A DNA stretch of 64,000 nt from Eledone cirrhosa (GCA_964016885.1 OZ024741.1:157480001-157544000), one strand, 5' to 3'; shown: positions 38,434 to 50,454, counted from the first letter of the stretch. Notes: a model not told the origin generated them from the sequence alone. Program-made: numbers and translations.

Positions 38434-39117
38434 TTCTTCTTTAAATATTGACACTACTTTGAAAGAGTAACTCTATCATGTTCTATTTCTGTTTTATCTC
38501 AGTAGGGGTGGACCAGTGCAAACACTGGGGTAGGTATCGGATAGGTTTAGCTGTGGGTGGTTGACTTCTGAACATTCTAGTTGTTGTTGCCAAGTCAGCT
38601 GACTAGATAGATCTGTGATTAAAGGCATTCCAGCCATGACAATCCTGTATAATTTTTGAATAGGGACAAGCATAGCTGTGTGTTTAAAGTTTGCTTTGCA
38701 ACCCAACCACATGGTTTTGAGTTCACTCTCACTGAGGGGATTATTATTTATTATGAACGTTTCAATGTGGCTTGAATATCACATCCATTTGCAGAACAAC
38801 TGGAGATTATTAGTTATTAATTATCTTCATTATGGGTGCTTTATCTCAACCATATCCCTTCAGGAAACATACAGAACAAAATAACAATAATTATATACCA
38901 TAAAACAATATCAAGAAAGTGACAGGATTCAAAGTAAAGAGCTTATAGGCAAGCAGTTAGATTTTCAGGTGCATGTTATGCATAAGCTTGTATAAGGGAT
39001 TTTTTCAAACATGGAAGTTTATAAATTTATCTGTGCCTTTTTCCGGAAAAAATATATTATAACTAGGAATTGATTACAGTAGTGGTTGTTAAAGATTTTC
39101 TTTATAAAGTTAGGGTA

Positions 39118-39217
39118 TAATAATAATGAAACTATTGTGTACAGTGGTCAGGTGTACTATAACTCATCAAAGGTATAGTACATAGAATAATGTACAAATG
39201 TCAGGAAAGTGAACAGT
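39118..39217 (-). mobile_element. CR1 3'UTR stub
   Basis: ATTGTGTACAGTGGTCAGGTGTACTATAACTCATC matches the other CR1 tails. Confidence 0.75.
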
Positions 39218-39389
39218 ATTTTTTCAGTTAGTTATTAGAGAAAGATATGAAAGTATTTAGTAGATTTTTTTTCCATTAATTCATGTCATATGCATGTGTA
39301 TAAGAAGAAATTGTATATATGGAGCAATAAATATTCTCATATATATATACTATAACCTCTTATACTATACATATATATATATATATCAC

Positions 39390-39646
39390 TATAAAGTGGT
39401 TGTGTAGGACAAAAAGCATCCAGTCCACACTGTAAAGTGGTCATGTAGGCGTCATGACAAAAAGCACCCAGCACACACTGTAAATGTGGTTGGCGTTAGG
39501 AAGGGCATGCAGCCATAGAAACCAAGCCCAAATGAGTTCTGTGTGAGCGAATTATAGTAATCCAACCTGATCTCTCACAAAGGGAGAGCCTGCCCTACCC
39601 ATGCTAGCATGGAAGATGAACGTTAAACGATGATGATGATGATGAT
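39390..39646 (+). mobile_element. RTE 3'UTR fragment
   Basis: AAAAGCACCCAG repeats, CATGCTAGCATGG, (GAT)n. Confidence 0.8.
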
Positions 39647-39973
39647 ATATATATATATATATCAATATATATGTATGTATATACATATATGTATGTATGA
39701 ACCTAATACTAACACTTTGTACTGCACTCTTTGTTATTGTTTTTGTTTTTTTGTTTTAACTTATATATATATATAGGGCAGCACTATAAATTAATAGATA
39801 CAATCCTATACAGAATACCTCAAAGTACACCATTGCTGAAAAAGAAAAGTTGATATGATCAAAGTTTGGCTAAGTAGATGGAAACTATGCTGAAGCCTGT
39901 GGAATGAATTGCACCTGCAATTTAAAAGTCGTCATAACAAATAGTGTGAAATTATGTTAAGGGAACGCATGTA

Positions 39974-40140
39974 CCGTATTTCCCGGCGTCGAACACTCTA
40001 CTTTTTTCCTAAAATAAGTCTCAAAAATCTACCATGCGTCCTGGAGACCGAAGGTTGTTTATTATGTTTTTTCAAATTTTTGGTTGTCATAATTAGGGCG
40101 TGTACTTGAGAACGAAGCTCTTCAGCTCCGGGAAGTATGG
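39974..40140. mobile_element. Tc1/mariner (pogo/Tc2-like) MITE
   Basis: TA|CCGTATTTCCCGG...CCGGGAAGTATGG|TA; 11/13 TIR match and TA TSD. Confidence 0.75.
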
Positions 40141-40688
40141 TATATGAAAAGTTCAACCACTTTCAAGTTAATTCACAAGTTAAACTCACAGTTAATCAAA
40201 CAGTTGGATGTTCATTGCCGAAACTGATCAGGGATCCATCAATATCTATTTGATTGGGGCTGACCTGGAGCTAGAAAAACGGCAACATTAGTACTTTTAT
40301 TGATTCTCTGTGTATATTGATTGGTTATATCGACTTTGATGGAATGTCTATTGTTATGATCTGCTATCTAGTATAACTACTTTACCAGATTGTTTATTAT
40401 TGATAACGATCAACTATAAATTAGTAAGCAGCAAGACATTGTGATGATGTCCATTCATTGATTGCTTAATGTACACATACACACACACATACACAATTGT
40501 GTGAGTGTGTGGTTGTGTTGTGTATAATAACGACACACACAATTGTGGATGTGTGTATATATAGTAACTAGACATACAAACCTCACACAGCACAGTTTAA
40601 GTCCTTTAATCCTTTAGCATTTATTCATTGAGAGTGTTCTACAACTAATTACAACTTAGGGCTATGAGCAACCTCTCTCTCTCTTTCA

Positions 40689-40726
<38 letters not shown>

Positions 40727-40857
40727 GATAAATCTACCAAGAGTTTACGGTAGTGTCCAATCCGTATGAAGAACTCAATGTATTCCGGATATCATGGAAA
40801 GAAGAGATGTAATGAAAAATCACTTTCGGTGAAAGATAAACGGAATACAGAGTCAAG

Positions 40858-41240
40858 ATAAAATATTAAACAAATAATGAATAAAACAATGAAACAGTTC
40901 CTTATATTAAACAAAAAAAGTTCATTATTTAACGATCGTTTCTAGGATATATATGTGTTAGAATTGGCATGCATATTCAACAGATCTATGTACAAAATTA
41001 TACAAAATTATACAAACTATCAAGATTAAATATACATACCAACACATGCCGGCATATATATGTGTTGGTATGTATATTTAATCTTGATAGTTTGTATAAT
41101 TTTGTATAATTTTGTACATAGATCTGTTGAATATGCATGCCAATTCTAACACATATATATCCTAGAAACGATCGTTAAATAATGAACTTTTTTTGTTTAA
41201 TATAAGGAACTGTTTCATTGTTTTATTCATTATTTGTTTA

Positions 41241-41249
<9 letters not shown>
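40858..41249. repeat. 190-bp-arm inverted repeat in a pLTR-like module (about 40725-41249)
   Basis: Arms 40858-41047 and 41060-41249 with a 12-nt spacer; contains GAAAC-GATC-GTT; (TA)n on both sides. Confidence 0.9.
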
Positions 41250-41272
<23 letters not shown>

Positions 41273-41344
41273 AATGAAAATGAGTGGAACAAGCAATCAT
41301 CAAACAATCTTTTAAATAAATTAAAAAATAATTTAAATATTCAC

Positions 41345-41432
41345 CTGTTCTATTGCCGTTACCGGCAGTTTCACTAATCAAAAGATTGGAAATTCAGAGA
41401 ATTTCCAATGGAAAGAATTAGATCTTCAGACA
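41345..41432 (-). ncRNA. Hammerhead motif with extended stems II and III
   Basis: CTGT-CTGAAGA; CTAATT/GATTAG plus ATTGGAAATT/AATTTCCAAT; GAAAC-TGCCG-gtaa-CGGCA-ATA; one stem III mismatch; stem I offset. Confidence 0.6.
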
Positions 41433-41461
41433 GCTATTTCCATACTATAAGGGTATAAAGC

Positions 41462-41499
<38 letters not shown>

Positions 41500-41511
41500 G
41501 CTTTATACCCT

Positions 41512-43704
41512 ATCATCATCATCATCATCATCATCAACGTTTAACGTCCGTGTTCCACGCTTGCATGGGTTTGGACGGGGGTAGTCCCACTTGAGGCAAG
41601 AGTGATTGTCTTGCTCGCATAGGACTGTCTGGCAGGTTTTCTACAGTTGGATGCCCTTCCTAACACCAACCACATTTACAGTGTGGGTCTGGGAGGTTTT
41701 TACCGTGTTGCCTACACGGCCACATTACAGCGTGGACTGTGTGTTTTTTTGTCGTGACACCTACACGATCTCATTTGTTTCGGCCTGGATGGCGCGGCAC
41801 CAACATAACTTTACATAGAACGGGGTGGTGTGGATGGGGTGGGGGTGGTGGCGGGACGGGGTGTAGTTTGTTAGAGATGCCTACTGGCAAGGCGGGTCTT
41901 CTCTGTTACTGAGTACCGCCAAAGGTCACGGTCCAGTGACATTGTCTTGGAGAGGTGTAAGTGTGTGAGGTCGGAGTTTATCAGCTCATCCCATGTTTTT
42001 CTAGGTCTGCCTATTCCGTGGCTACCGTCTATCTTTATTGCCCTGCACTTTGTAATACAGCTATCGACTTTCATGCGCATCACGTGTCCATACCAACGCA
42101 GCCTTCTCTCGAGTAAACAACATCTGATCCCTCTTATCTCTAATTTTTTCCTTAGTTCGTTTATGCTTTGCCGTTCACGTATATTACTGTTACACATCCA
42201 GCGGAGCATGCAAGCTTCGTTCCTCTCTAGTCTGCGTATATCCTCTGCACACAATGCCCAGGTCTCACTACCATGCAACATTGCTGTTCGTATGCAGGCA
42301 TCGTACAACCTGCCTTTCATTTTTAGGGAGAACCCTTTAGCAGCTAATAGTGGTATAAGCTCTCTGAACTTTTTCCAACCAGTTCTGACTCTAGCTACAG
42401 TACTTTCAGAGCACCCTCCCCCACTGCTTATTTTATCGCCCAGGTAACGGAAGCTGTCCACTATTTCTATAGAACCCTCTGCGCAATTGAAAGAGCTAGT
42501 ATTTTGTGGGCACTTGCTGCTACTTATTGCACCAGAACACCGGCCACATGTAAAGTCTATGTTCTTAGTTAGCTTACCTGTGATCCCACTACATCTTTTA
42601 TGCACCCATACTTTGCATTTAGGACATAAGATGGAGTTTCTACCTACGCCTTTCCTACATACCGAGCACGACCATTTCCCAGAAGGGACCGCCGCCTTGT
42701 TTTCTTTCCTACAAACTAGAACTTTGGTCTTAGCCAGGTTAATTTTAAGTCCTTTTGACTCTAGGCCGTGCTTCCATGTTTGGAATTTCTTCTCTAGCTC
42801 GGCCATTGATTCCGCTATGAGTGTCAGGTCGTCTGCGTATAGGAGTTCCCATGGGCAGCCTGTCTTGAACTCCTCTGTTATAGCCTGAAGGGCAATAATA
42901 AATAGTAGGGGGCTGAGAACAGAGCCCTGATGGACGCCAACTTTTACGCTAAACTCTTCACTATATTCGTTGTTAATTCTAACCTTGCTGACTGTTTCTT
43001 TATACATGGCTTGTATAGCCCTCACAAGCCATTCGTCAACGCCTAGTTTTCTAAGAGCCCACCAGATAATGGAGCGGGGGACTCTGTCGAAGGCTTTCTC
43101 CAGGTCGACAAAAGCTAAGTAGAGGGGTTTACCTTTAGCTAGGTACTTCTCCTGTAGTTGTCGTACTATGAAAAGAGCGTCTGTGGTGCTTTTGCCTGAC
43201 ACAAACCCGAACTGCATTTCATCTAGATCAATTCTCTCTCTGATTAGTTGCGCTATTACTTTTTCCGTGACCTTCATGACCTGGTCGATTAATTTAATGC
43301 CTCTATAGTTACTCCTATCTAGGGCATCTCCTTTACCCTTATAACAGTTAACGATGATGCTGCTATGCCAGTCCTTCGGAACAACCCCATTCTGTACGAC
43401 TTGGTTAACTATGCGGGTGACCATGGTGTGTCCCACCGTGCCAGATGCCTTCAGCATCTCAGCAACTATTTCCGAAGGCCCAGCCGCCTTACCAGTCTTC
43501 ATATCCTTGATTGCCTTACTTATTATACTCCCCTCGACTAACACTGCTGGTCCCTCTATCGGGTCGATATGGGGGAGACTGTCTTTCTCCCATTTATTCT
43601 CCTCATTTAGTAGCCTTTCATAGTGACACTTCCAAGCTACCTTCTTATCAGTGTCGGTGATGGCAAGTATGCCATCATCGTTAAGTACACACTTCTCCCC
43701 GACA
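41512..43704 (-). mobile_element. Young RTE LINE, 5'-truncated at (TA)n
   Basis: Uninterrupted ORF, 3'UTR and (GAT)n tail. Confidence 0.95.
41871..43703 (-). CDS. RTE ORF C-terminal ~610 aa (RT with PHD-like insert; no endonuclease, no native start)
   Basis: KAAGPSEI, NYRGIKLI, FVDLEKAFDRV, GVHQGSVLSPLLF, YADD, INLAKTKV, CSVC..C..C..WVHKRC..CGRC, FRYLG, RWYGHV, GRPRKTW; the listed N-terminus (MCVCVYI) is microsatellite. Confidence 0.85.
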   Translation of the reverse strand, partial: VGEKCVLNDDGILAITDTDKKVAWKCHYERLLNEENKWEKDSLPHIDPIEGPAVLVEGSIISKAIKDMKTGKAAGPSEIVAEMLKASGTVGHTMVTRIVNQVVQNGVVPKDWHSSIIVNCYKGKGDALDRSNYRGIKLIDQVMKVTEKVIAQLIRERIDLDEMQFGFVSGKSTTDALFIVRQLQEKYLAKGKPLYLAFVDLEKAFDRVPRSIIWWALRKLGVDEWLVRAIQAMYKETVSKVRINNEYSEEFSVKVGVHQGSVLSPLLFIIALQAITEEFKTGCPWELLYADDLTLIAESMAELEKKFQTWKHGLESKGLKINLAKTKVLVCRKENKAAVPSGKWSCSVCRKGVGRNSILCPKCKVWVHKRCSGITGKLTKNIDFTCGRCSGAISSSKCPQNTSSFNCAEGSIEIVDSFRYLGDKISSGGGCSESTVARVRTGWKKFRELIPLLAAKGFSLKMKGRLYDACIRTAMLHGSETWALCAEDIRRLERNEACMLRWMCNSNIRERQSINELRKKLEIRGIRCCLLERRLRWYGHVMRMKVDSCITKCRAIKIDGSHGIGRPRKTWDELINSDLTHLHLSKTMSLDRDLWRYSVTEKTRLASRHL

Positions 43705-43735
43705 TATATATATATATGTATATATGTATTTATAT

Positions 43736-43765
<30 letters not shown>

Positions 43766-43767
<2 letters not shown>

Positions 43768-43990
43768 CATCATCATCATCATCATCATCACCATTTTACG
43801 TCCATTCTTCTAGCATGGGTTAGACGGGTTGTCCTGTCATGAGCAATGCCCGGTCAGGTGACCATGTCTTACTCATACAGAACAGATTTTGGTTTGATCT
43901 CTACAGCTGGATGCCCTTCCTAACACCAACCTCATTTACAGTGGGTGTTTTTTACCGTGGTGCCTACACAACCATTTTACAGTGGTGGGG
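43766..43990 (-). mobile_element. RTE 3'UTR fragment
   Basis: Same tail motifs. Confidence 0.8.
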
Positions 43991-44031
43991 GGTATATATA
44001 TATATATATGTATGTATATGTTTTTGTATCC

Positions 44032-44479
44032 TCATCATCATCATCATCATCATCATTTCTACAGCTATTTTTCCATGCTTGCATGGCTTGGATGGATCCT
44101 TTTCAGCATGGCATCTCTCCACTTGCCGTTTTTCTTTGTGATCTCCTCTGTGAGTCTCAGCAACTTGAGGCCAGCTCTTAACACCTTTGCCTAGGTCTTT
44201 CTTGGTCTACCTCTACTGTGGCTGCCATCCACTGGCATTTCCTGGCACTTCTTCACCCATCGATCATCATCCATGCACATCACATATCCGTACCAACATA
44301 GTCTTCTCTTTTGGACACCATCTCGAAATCCCCGTAAACCCAGCTTCTCCCTCAGTTCGTCCAAGCTCTGCCTTTCTCTCACAGTTATATTGTACATCTA
44401 ATGAACCATGACTGCTTCATTTCTCTCAGGTCTACACATGTCTTCTGCAGTCACAGCCCATGTTTCACTACCATGCAGC

Positions 44480-44481
<2 letters not shown>
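44032..44481 (-). mobile_element. RTE (second subfamily) C-terminal fragment
   Basis: MLHGSETW..RRLCWYG..RGRPRKT; short tail; matches 50955-51393. Confidence 0.85.
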
Positions 44482-44554
<73 letters not shown>

Positions 44555-45074
44555 CAGTACTTTTACTGACATTCCAACATGCTTTTGCAGTATCCTAGCA
44601 GTGCAGTCATGCATAGGTTTGTTTGTATGTCCAAAAAGATGATGATGACGATGATGATGAGGATGATAATCATAATGAGGATGATCATCGTGAGGAGGAG
44701 GGTGAGAAGGGGGAAGAAGAAGAGTATGTCTGTAATCAGGTTTGTTTATCAACTAGATACAGTACGTTGTATTCCGGTTGATGGTTAGAAACTGGTATTT
44801 GACATTGTCAAACTGTTCAATAATTTAATGATTAATTAATTGTTTGCTAATGAATACAAACAATTAGAACAAGTCAAATAAATCATTCACAAACATGTTA
44901 TAGGGTTTTATTAACTGTGTAATTAACTGTTCTTGTTCTCTTGACAATATTTGAAACCTACACAAGAAGTAAATCAAGCTGAAATCCTGAATCAGGGAAA
45001 ATTAGTAATGGTCTGCATGGGTGATGATAAATCATAGAGAGATATAGTAGACATTTAGATATATGATAAATACA

Positions 45075-45465
45075 GATAGTGTTGCTGGTGTCATGACAAA
45101 ACGTACCCAGTCCAACCTGTAAGGTAGTCTTACTGGCGCCACAATAAAATGTATCTAATCCATCTACTCTTTAAGTATACTGGTGCCATGACAAAAAGCG
45201 CCCAGCTTATTCTATAAGAGGGTTGTAGAGGTGCTACAATGAAAAGCATTCAGTCCACCCTGTAAAGTGGCGGTACTGGTGCCATGAGAAAAAGCACACA
45301 GTATAATTTGTAAGGTGGTCGTACTGGAGCCATGAAAATTTTCTCTGTACAAGTGGGTGGTATTAGGAAGGGCCTCCAGCCATAGAAAATGAAGCCAGAT
45401 GTGGTCTGTATGAGCCAGACATGATCACTTGACCTGTCTAGCCTAATAATATGACAGCCCATCTA
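45075..45465 (+). mobile_element. Old RTE 3'UTR with expanded internal repeats
   Basis: Repeated GGTGCCATGACAAAAAGC units. Confidence 0.6.
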
Positions 45466-45491
45466 AGACCAACACATCAGAGACCAACACT

Positions 45492-45687
45492 AATAATTGT
45501 TTCTACTTTTGGCACAAGGCCAGCAATTATCCCAGTGAATTACTGGTACTTTATTTTATCGACCCCCGTAAGAATGAAAGGCAAAGTTAACCTCGGCGGA
45601 ATTTGAACTCAGAATGGCAAGGGCTGTAACTCTATGCGTCAAAGCCTGGCGTCCCACCCTCTACCGATACTGCCAATCCACCGCCCT
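45492..45687 (-). mobile_element. SINE family 1, short variant, full length
   Basis: Same diagnostic motifs. Confidence 0.9.
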
Positions 45688-45723
45688 ACCAACACTAATA
45701 ATGATGAATCTTATCCATTATTG

Positions 45724-46068
45724 GTTCTCAAATGCTCTGTGTGCTCTAAGATGTGCTTTCAAATGCTGGCTTGAAGTCACACCAATGAGCACATGATGAT
45801 AAAGTGCAAGTTGATTATTCAAACTTTGTTGCAGAGAATCAATTCCAGTGCCATGTTTGTCAAAAAATTTGCAAATCAGGTGGTGTATTAAAGTGACCTC
45901 TAAACATACACAATAAGGAAACTGAAAGTTTAGCAAAATAATCACCAGGCTTAAAAAATAAGCAAAAAATAAGAACTGGGTTGATATTATTGACTAAATC
46001 CTCTTCATTGCAGTGCCTCAGCATCGTTGCAATCAAATGACTGATCTCAATAAAGAAAAAAGAAAAGA
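45724..46068 (+). pseudogene. Two decayed C2H2 zinc fingers plus retroposon tail (probable LINE 3' end)
   Basis: LKCSVCSKMC/SNAGLKSHQ*AH and FQCHVCQKICKSGGVLK*PLNIH (one frameshift, two TGA), then ...CAAATGACTGA..AATAAAGAAAAAAGA. Confidence 0.65.
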
Positions 46069-46407
46069 ATGAAATAATATAGCAAATATACATTCAGTGG
46101 AATCATGCTATTTTGAAACCAAATTCCTATTGCGGTCAGATAGGAGAGATAAAAATAAAATTTACTGGGAGAAAAAATACAAAATTTAAATACATAGCAA
46201 CATGAATGATTTAAAGAGTTTTATAGTAGATGTGGCATAATTCCTAAAAATATGGACATAATGTAAATCAGAAACTAATTTTTGTCTTGAAGAAAATATG
46301 GAATTATCTCATAAATCTTTCAACAGATTTCAGTACTTTGGAAAGTGGTTGTTTTATGGAATGTGTGTGTGTGTGTGTGTGTATATATATACAAACATAC
46401 ACATGCA

Positions 46408-46477
<70 letters not shown>

Positions 46478-46593
46478 CTCTCTGTATGTATATATATATA
46501 TATAATGATATTTTGGCTTTTCTTGATTAACAAGTCTGATGAGCAGATCGGATTGAAGTTGGGTCTATAGCATTTATATAGATCCTGAGCTCA

Positions 46594-46667
<74 letters not shown>

Positions 46668-46980
46668 ACTTCATCATCATCATCATCACCATTTAACATC
46701 CATTTCTGTGAGACAAGACAGATCAGGTGACTGTGTTTTGCACATATAGAACTGATTCTGGCTTGGTTTCTGCGACTGGATGTCCTTCCTAATGCTAATC
46801 ACATTCAGAGAGTGTACTGGGTGCATTCTGTCATGTCACCAGCATGACCACTTTAAAGTGTAGGCTGAGGACTTAAATGAAGGAGGTACATGAGGATTGG
46901 GGAGGTAGATCTAGAGACGTAAGTGAGGGGTGTTTTGTTAGGGCATGGGTGGGGGTGTAGAGACGTGGGAGGTGAAGATG
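46668..46980 (-). mobile_element. Old RTE 3'UTR fragment
   Basis: Same tail motifs. Confidence 0.65.
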
Positions 46981-47061
46981 TACACTAGAAGTGTTTATAT
47001 ATATATCCATCTCTCTCGCACTTTTGCCATGTCTCTTTGCATATCTTTCTACATATATGTG

Positions 47062-47177
47062 TAGTATGTACTTTCTTTATCGACCACAAAAGACTGAAAG
47101 AGAAAATGGCCTTTCGCTGGATTTGAACTCTGAATGCAGAGACAATGAAGACAGAGATGTTCTGATGACTCTGCCAA
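47062..47177 (-). mobile_element. Degenerate SINE family 1
   Basis: GTACTTTCTTTATCGACC..GGATTTGAACTC. Confidence 0.5.
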
Positions 47178-47902
47178 ATATGCAATATATATACATACCG
47201 TCCAACATACTGAGTATCCAACTCTTGCTAGGAGAAAAAACAAACATATGATGACAAAGGTGATACACCCACTTCATACCAACCACATACACACCCCACA
47301 CCATGGGGGAGACAGAGGCTGTGCCAGTGGGAATTTGGTTCCTTTGTGTTTGGACCTGGTGTATATGTATATATTCATTTACTGCACCACACACACATTC
47401 ACCATATATACACAGACAATAACAAACCACTTATATATGACATATTCTTCCAGTTGTAGAAATTCTCTACATTCCTTCACAAATTATTTGCCTTTCATTT
47501 TTTTAGGGTTGATAAAGAAAGTACCAGCCGTGTGCTTGTGCAGCTCTCTTTCCTTCCAGCTGTTACATTCTAGATGTTCTGCTGGATCAAAGGAGGTAGG
47601 GTCAATAGGATGTTTGTATTTGCTTGCCACTGCATGGGCATATAAGACTCTTAAGAAATAATGTGTGGTACATGTTACCCAGTCATACTCAAGTGCAAGT
47701 GAAAGCTGTAGTTTTTACCTATTTATCTACTCACCTAAAAACAAAACCAATAACAAAAAACGTAAAATTCTTATCAATGAACAAATGTATCTTTGCTGCG
47801 TTGACTGTTATTGTTCATTCAACAGAGAGATTTACACCGCCTAAACATTAACCATCAATTAGTAAGGGTTTACAAACAGCAGTGCTATTGTAGCTTGCAC
47901 AC

Positions 47903-48261
47903 ATCATTTCATCATCATCATTTCATCATCATCATTTGATTTTACGTCGACTTTTCCCTGCTTGCAAGGGTGGGACGGTAACTGATTTTGGCTTGATTTC
48001 TACAGCTGGATGCCCTTCCTAACACCAACCTCATTTACAGTGAGTGCTGGGTGCTTTTTTGCCGTGGCACCTCTACGACCACTTTGCAGTGGAATGATAG
48101 GGACCCCAGTCCCTATCATCTCATTTCTACAGCTGAGTAAACTGGAGCAATGTGAAATAAAGTGTCTTGCTCAAGGAAACAACACATCACCTGGTCTGAG
48201 AATTGAACTCACAACCTTTCGATTGCAAGGCCAATGCTCTAACCACTAAGCCATGTGCCTC
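47903..48261 (-). mobile_element. Full-length SINE family 2
   Basis: Reverse complement of 28871-29211. Confidence 0.9.
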
Positions 48262-48448
48262 TATGGATTACATTTAGACAACACTCAGTGTTAAGTTCAA
48301 ATAAATAGTTTATTCTTTATTGAAGCAGATTTCACTGTTGTTCTTTCAACATTTACTTTACTTTGTTGACTCAGGCCATCTATAATCTGGAAAAGATCTG
48401 TAAACACTGGTGTTACACAAATCTAAGCCATTTTGTTATATATATATA

Positions 48449-48497
<49 letters not shown>

Positions 48498-48767
48498 ATT
48501 GTTTCTTAGCATATTCCATATCTCTGGAAAAAATCATTTGTGGATTGAGCAGTTTGATGCATGTATTATAAACTCACAAGAATGACAGCAAAATAATTAT
48601 GCATAGGCCAGTGACAAAATACACCATTCATACAGAATATCACATACATAAAACAAAGTTTAAATTCAAACTAATATTAACTACATTTACTACTATATAT
48701 GGCACAGCCTACTATTCTAAAGACTTTATTTCAATGCCAAGTATATAGAGAGCAAGAACCATATATC

Positions 48768-49344
48768 GTTTGAGAAACACATAATATTTTGAACATATAT
48801 AAAGCACATTATATTTAGGAAAAAATACGTACTTCAAGGTGGAAAAGTTATTTTTCTTTATGGTACCATTTCATGATTTGTAATCCATAACAAAAATCGA
48901 TCCATTAATCATTGATCACCAACTATCGATTTTGGTAAAGCTATGTGTGACGTGAATCAATCATCAGAGGATTTGTCTTTGGATAAGTTTCAATAGAGTA
49001 TAGAGTACAAAATAGTTTTATATCTATCAGGATCCAACATCATAGATCCAACACCATAGACAGCATAGTGTGGAAACGTTTTAATGTTCATTGAGCTTTT
49101 CTACTGAGAAACATAAGCATTATACATATTATATATGTTAAGATACCTTAAATTATATAACTACTCCAAATTCTTAAGTTGTTGAGCTACTCATACTGTG
49201 ACTAATACTTCGCACATCTTTCTAGCAGATATAACTTGCAATTCTATTTATATCTATCGCCATAAGAAAAAGAACTTTTCCACCATATTTTTTCCTAAAT
49301 ATTATGTGCTTTATATATGTATAAATACTATGTGTTTCTCAAAC
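48768..49344. mobile_element. pLTR-like module with inverted arms
   Basis: Arms 48768-48862 and 49261-49344. Confidence 0.6.
48855..48972 (-). ncRNA. Hammerhead motif, long stem II, weak stem I
   Basis: CTGATGA-tTGATT...AATCAt-GAAATGGTACCATA (palindromic stem III). Confidence 0.55.
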
Positions 49345-50068
49345 ATATGTACAAAATACTCTGGCGAGAACTCTGAGATTACAAGAGCTCATCAGTACTC
49401 CACCAACATGCCAAAATGAAACACAGGGTCACATTAGAGAACATATAAATAAAAATTATAACCACACACAGAAAAGATGCAATGTTCCGACAGATTACAG
49501 AAGTGACAAACATAAACGAGCTCCAACCAAAAATTAAACAGAAAACATGATTAGAATAGCACCAACATCACAACTAGTAACTAAGGACAAGCTAAAGACA
49601 TATAGAGACACACAAATACTAAACTAATAAAACAAACCAGACACATAGATATAAAAAAGCAACCAACTAGTGACAAGTAAATAAATGTTTAAATAAATAA
49701 ATAAAAACACACTCACACCTGAATGTAATACAAGAGCAACCCAAGTGTTATATGGTTGCCCATGTGTTATATCCAGGTGTGAATATGCGCCAGTGACAAT
49801 AGTAGTAGTAGTGGCATCAGTAATAATATAATATACTAACCAGTATGTAGTACAATACACATTAGTTGAAAATTAGTGTTGACATATATGAATGTTAAAA
49901 TAGAATAAATTAGAATAAAGTAAAGTAAAGTAAAAACGAGGTTGAAGATAGATGACCATTAAATAAACAAAGAATAGATGACAAGAGTAAAATAAATGGT
50001 ACAGAGGTAGAAACAGAGGTCAGAAAAAAACAATAGAAGGTGGGATGTGCCAAAAATACCAAGATTAG

Positions 50069-50286
50069 CCCTTTAGCATTTAAACCGGCTGCATCCAGCT
50101 GTATCCGGCCAGAGTTCTCTCACCACTTTCTATTCAAACTTGCCATAACCCACTGCTCATACTGATGTTAAGGTGTTATTCTCAAAATAAATAATATCAA
50201 GACCTCGTAGATTCGATATTATGTGAGATAAAGTGTTTACTGTGAAAATACAATAGTAAATATAGAGCAATGTAAATGCTAAAGGG
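50069..50286 (-). mobile_element. piggyBac-type MITE with TTAG flanks
   Basis: TTAG|CCCTTTAGCATTTA...TAAATGCTAAAGGG|TTAG. Confidence 0.85.
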
Positions 50287-50454
50287 TTAGACTATGCCAA
50301 TGCCTAATATGTATCACATACTGTACGTCTGTATACATATATGTATGTACGTATACATACATACTTGCATTTAAGTAAGTGCCGTACTAAGAGTGAGAAA
50401 TGAAATTTCGTTTCATTCTATTCCATTTATATATATATATATATATACATATAT

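Noticed and set aside
49325-49400. Minus-strand CTGATGA...GAAAC match
   Set aside because: Stems I and II do not close; it is antisense to the module's ribozyme orientation.
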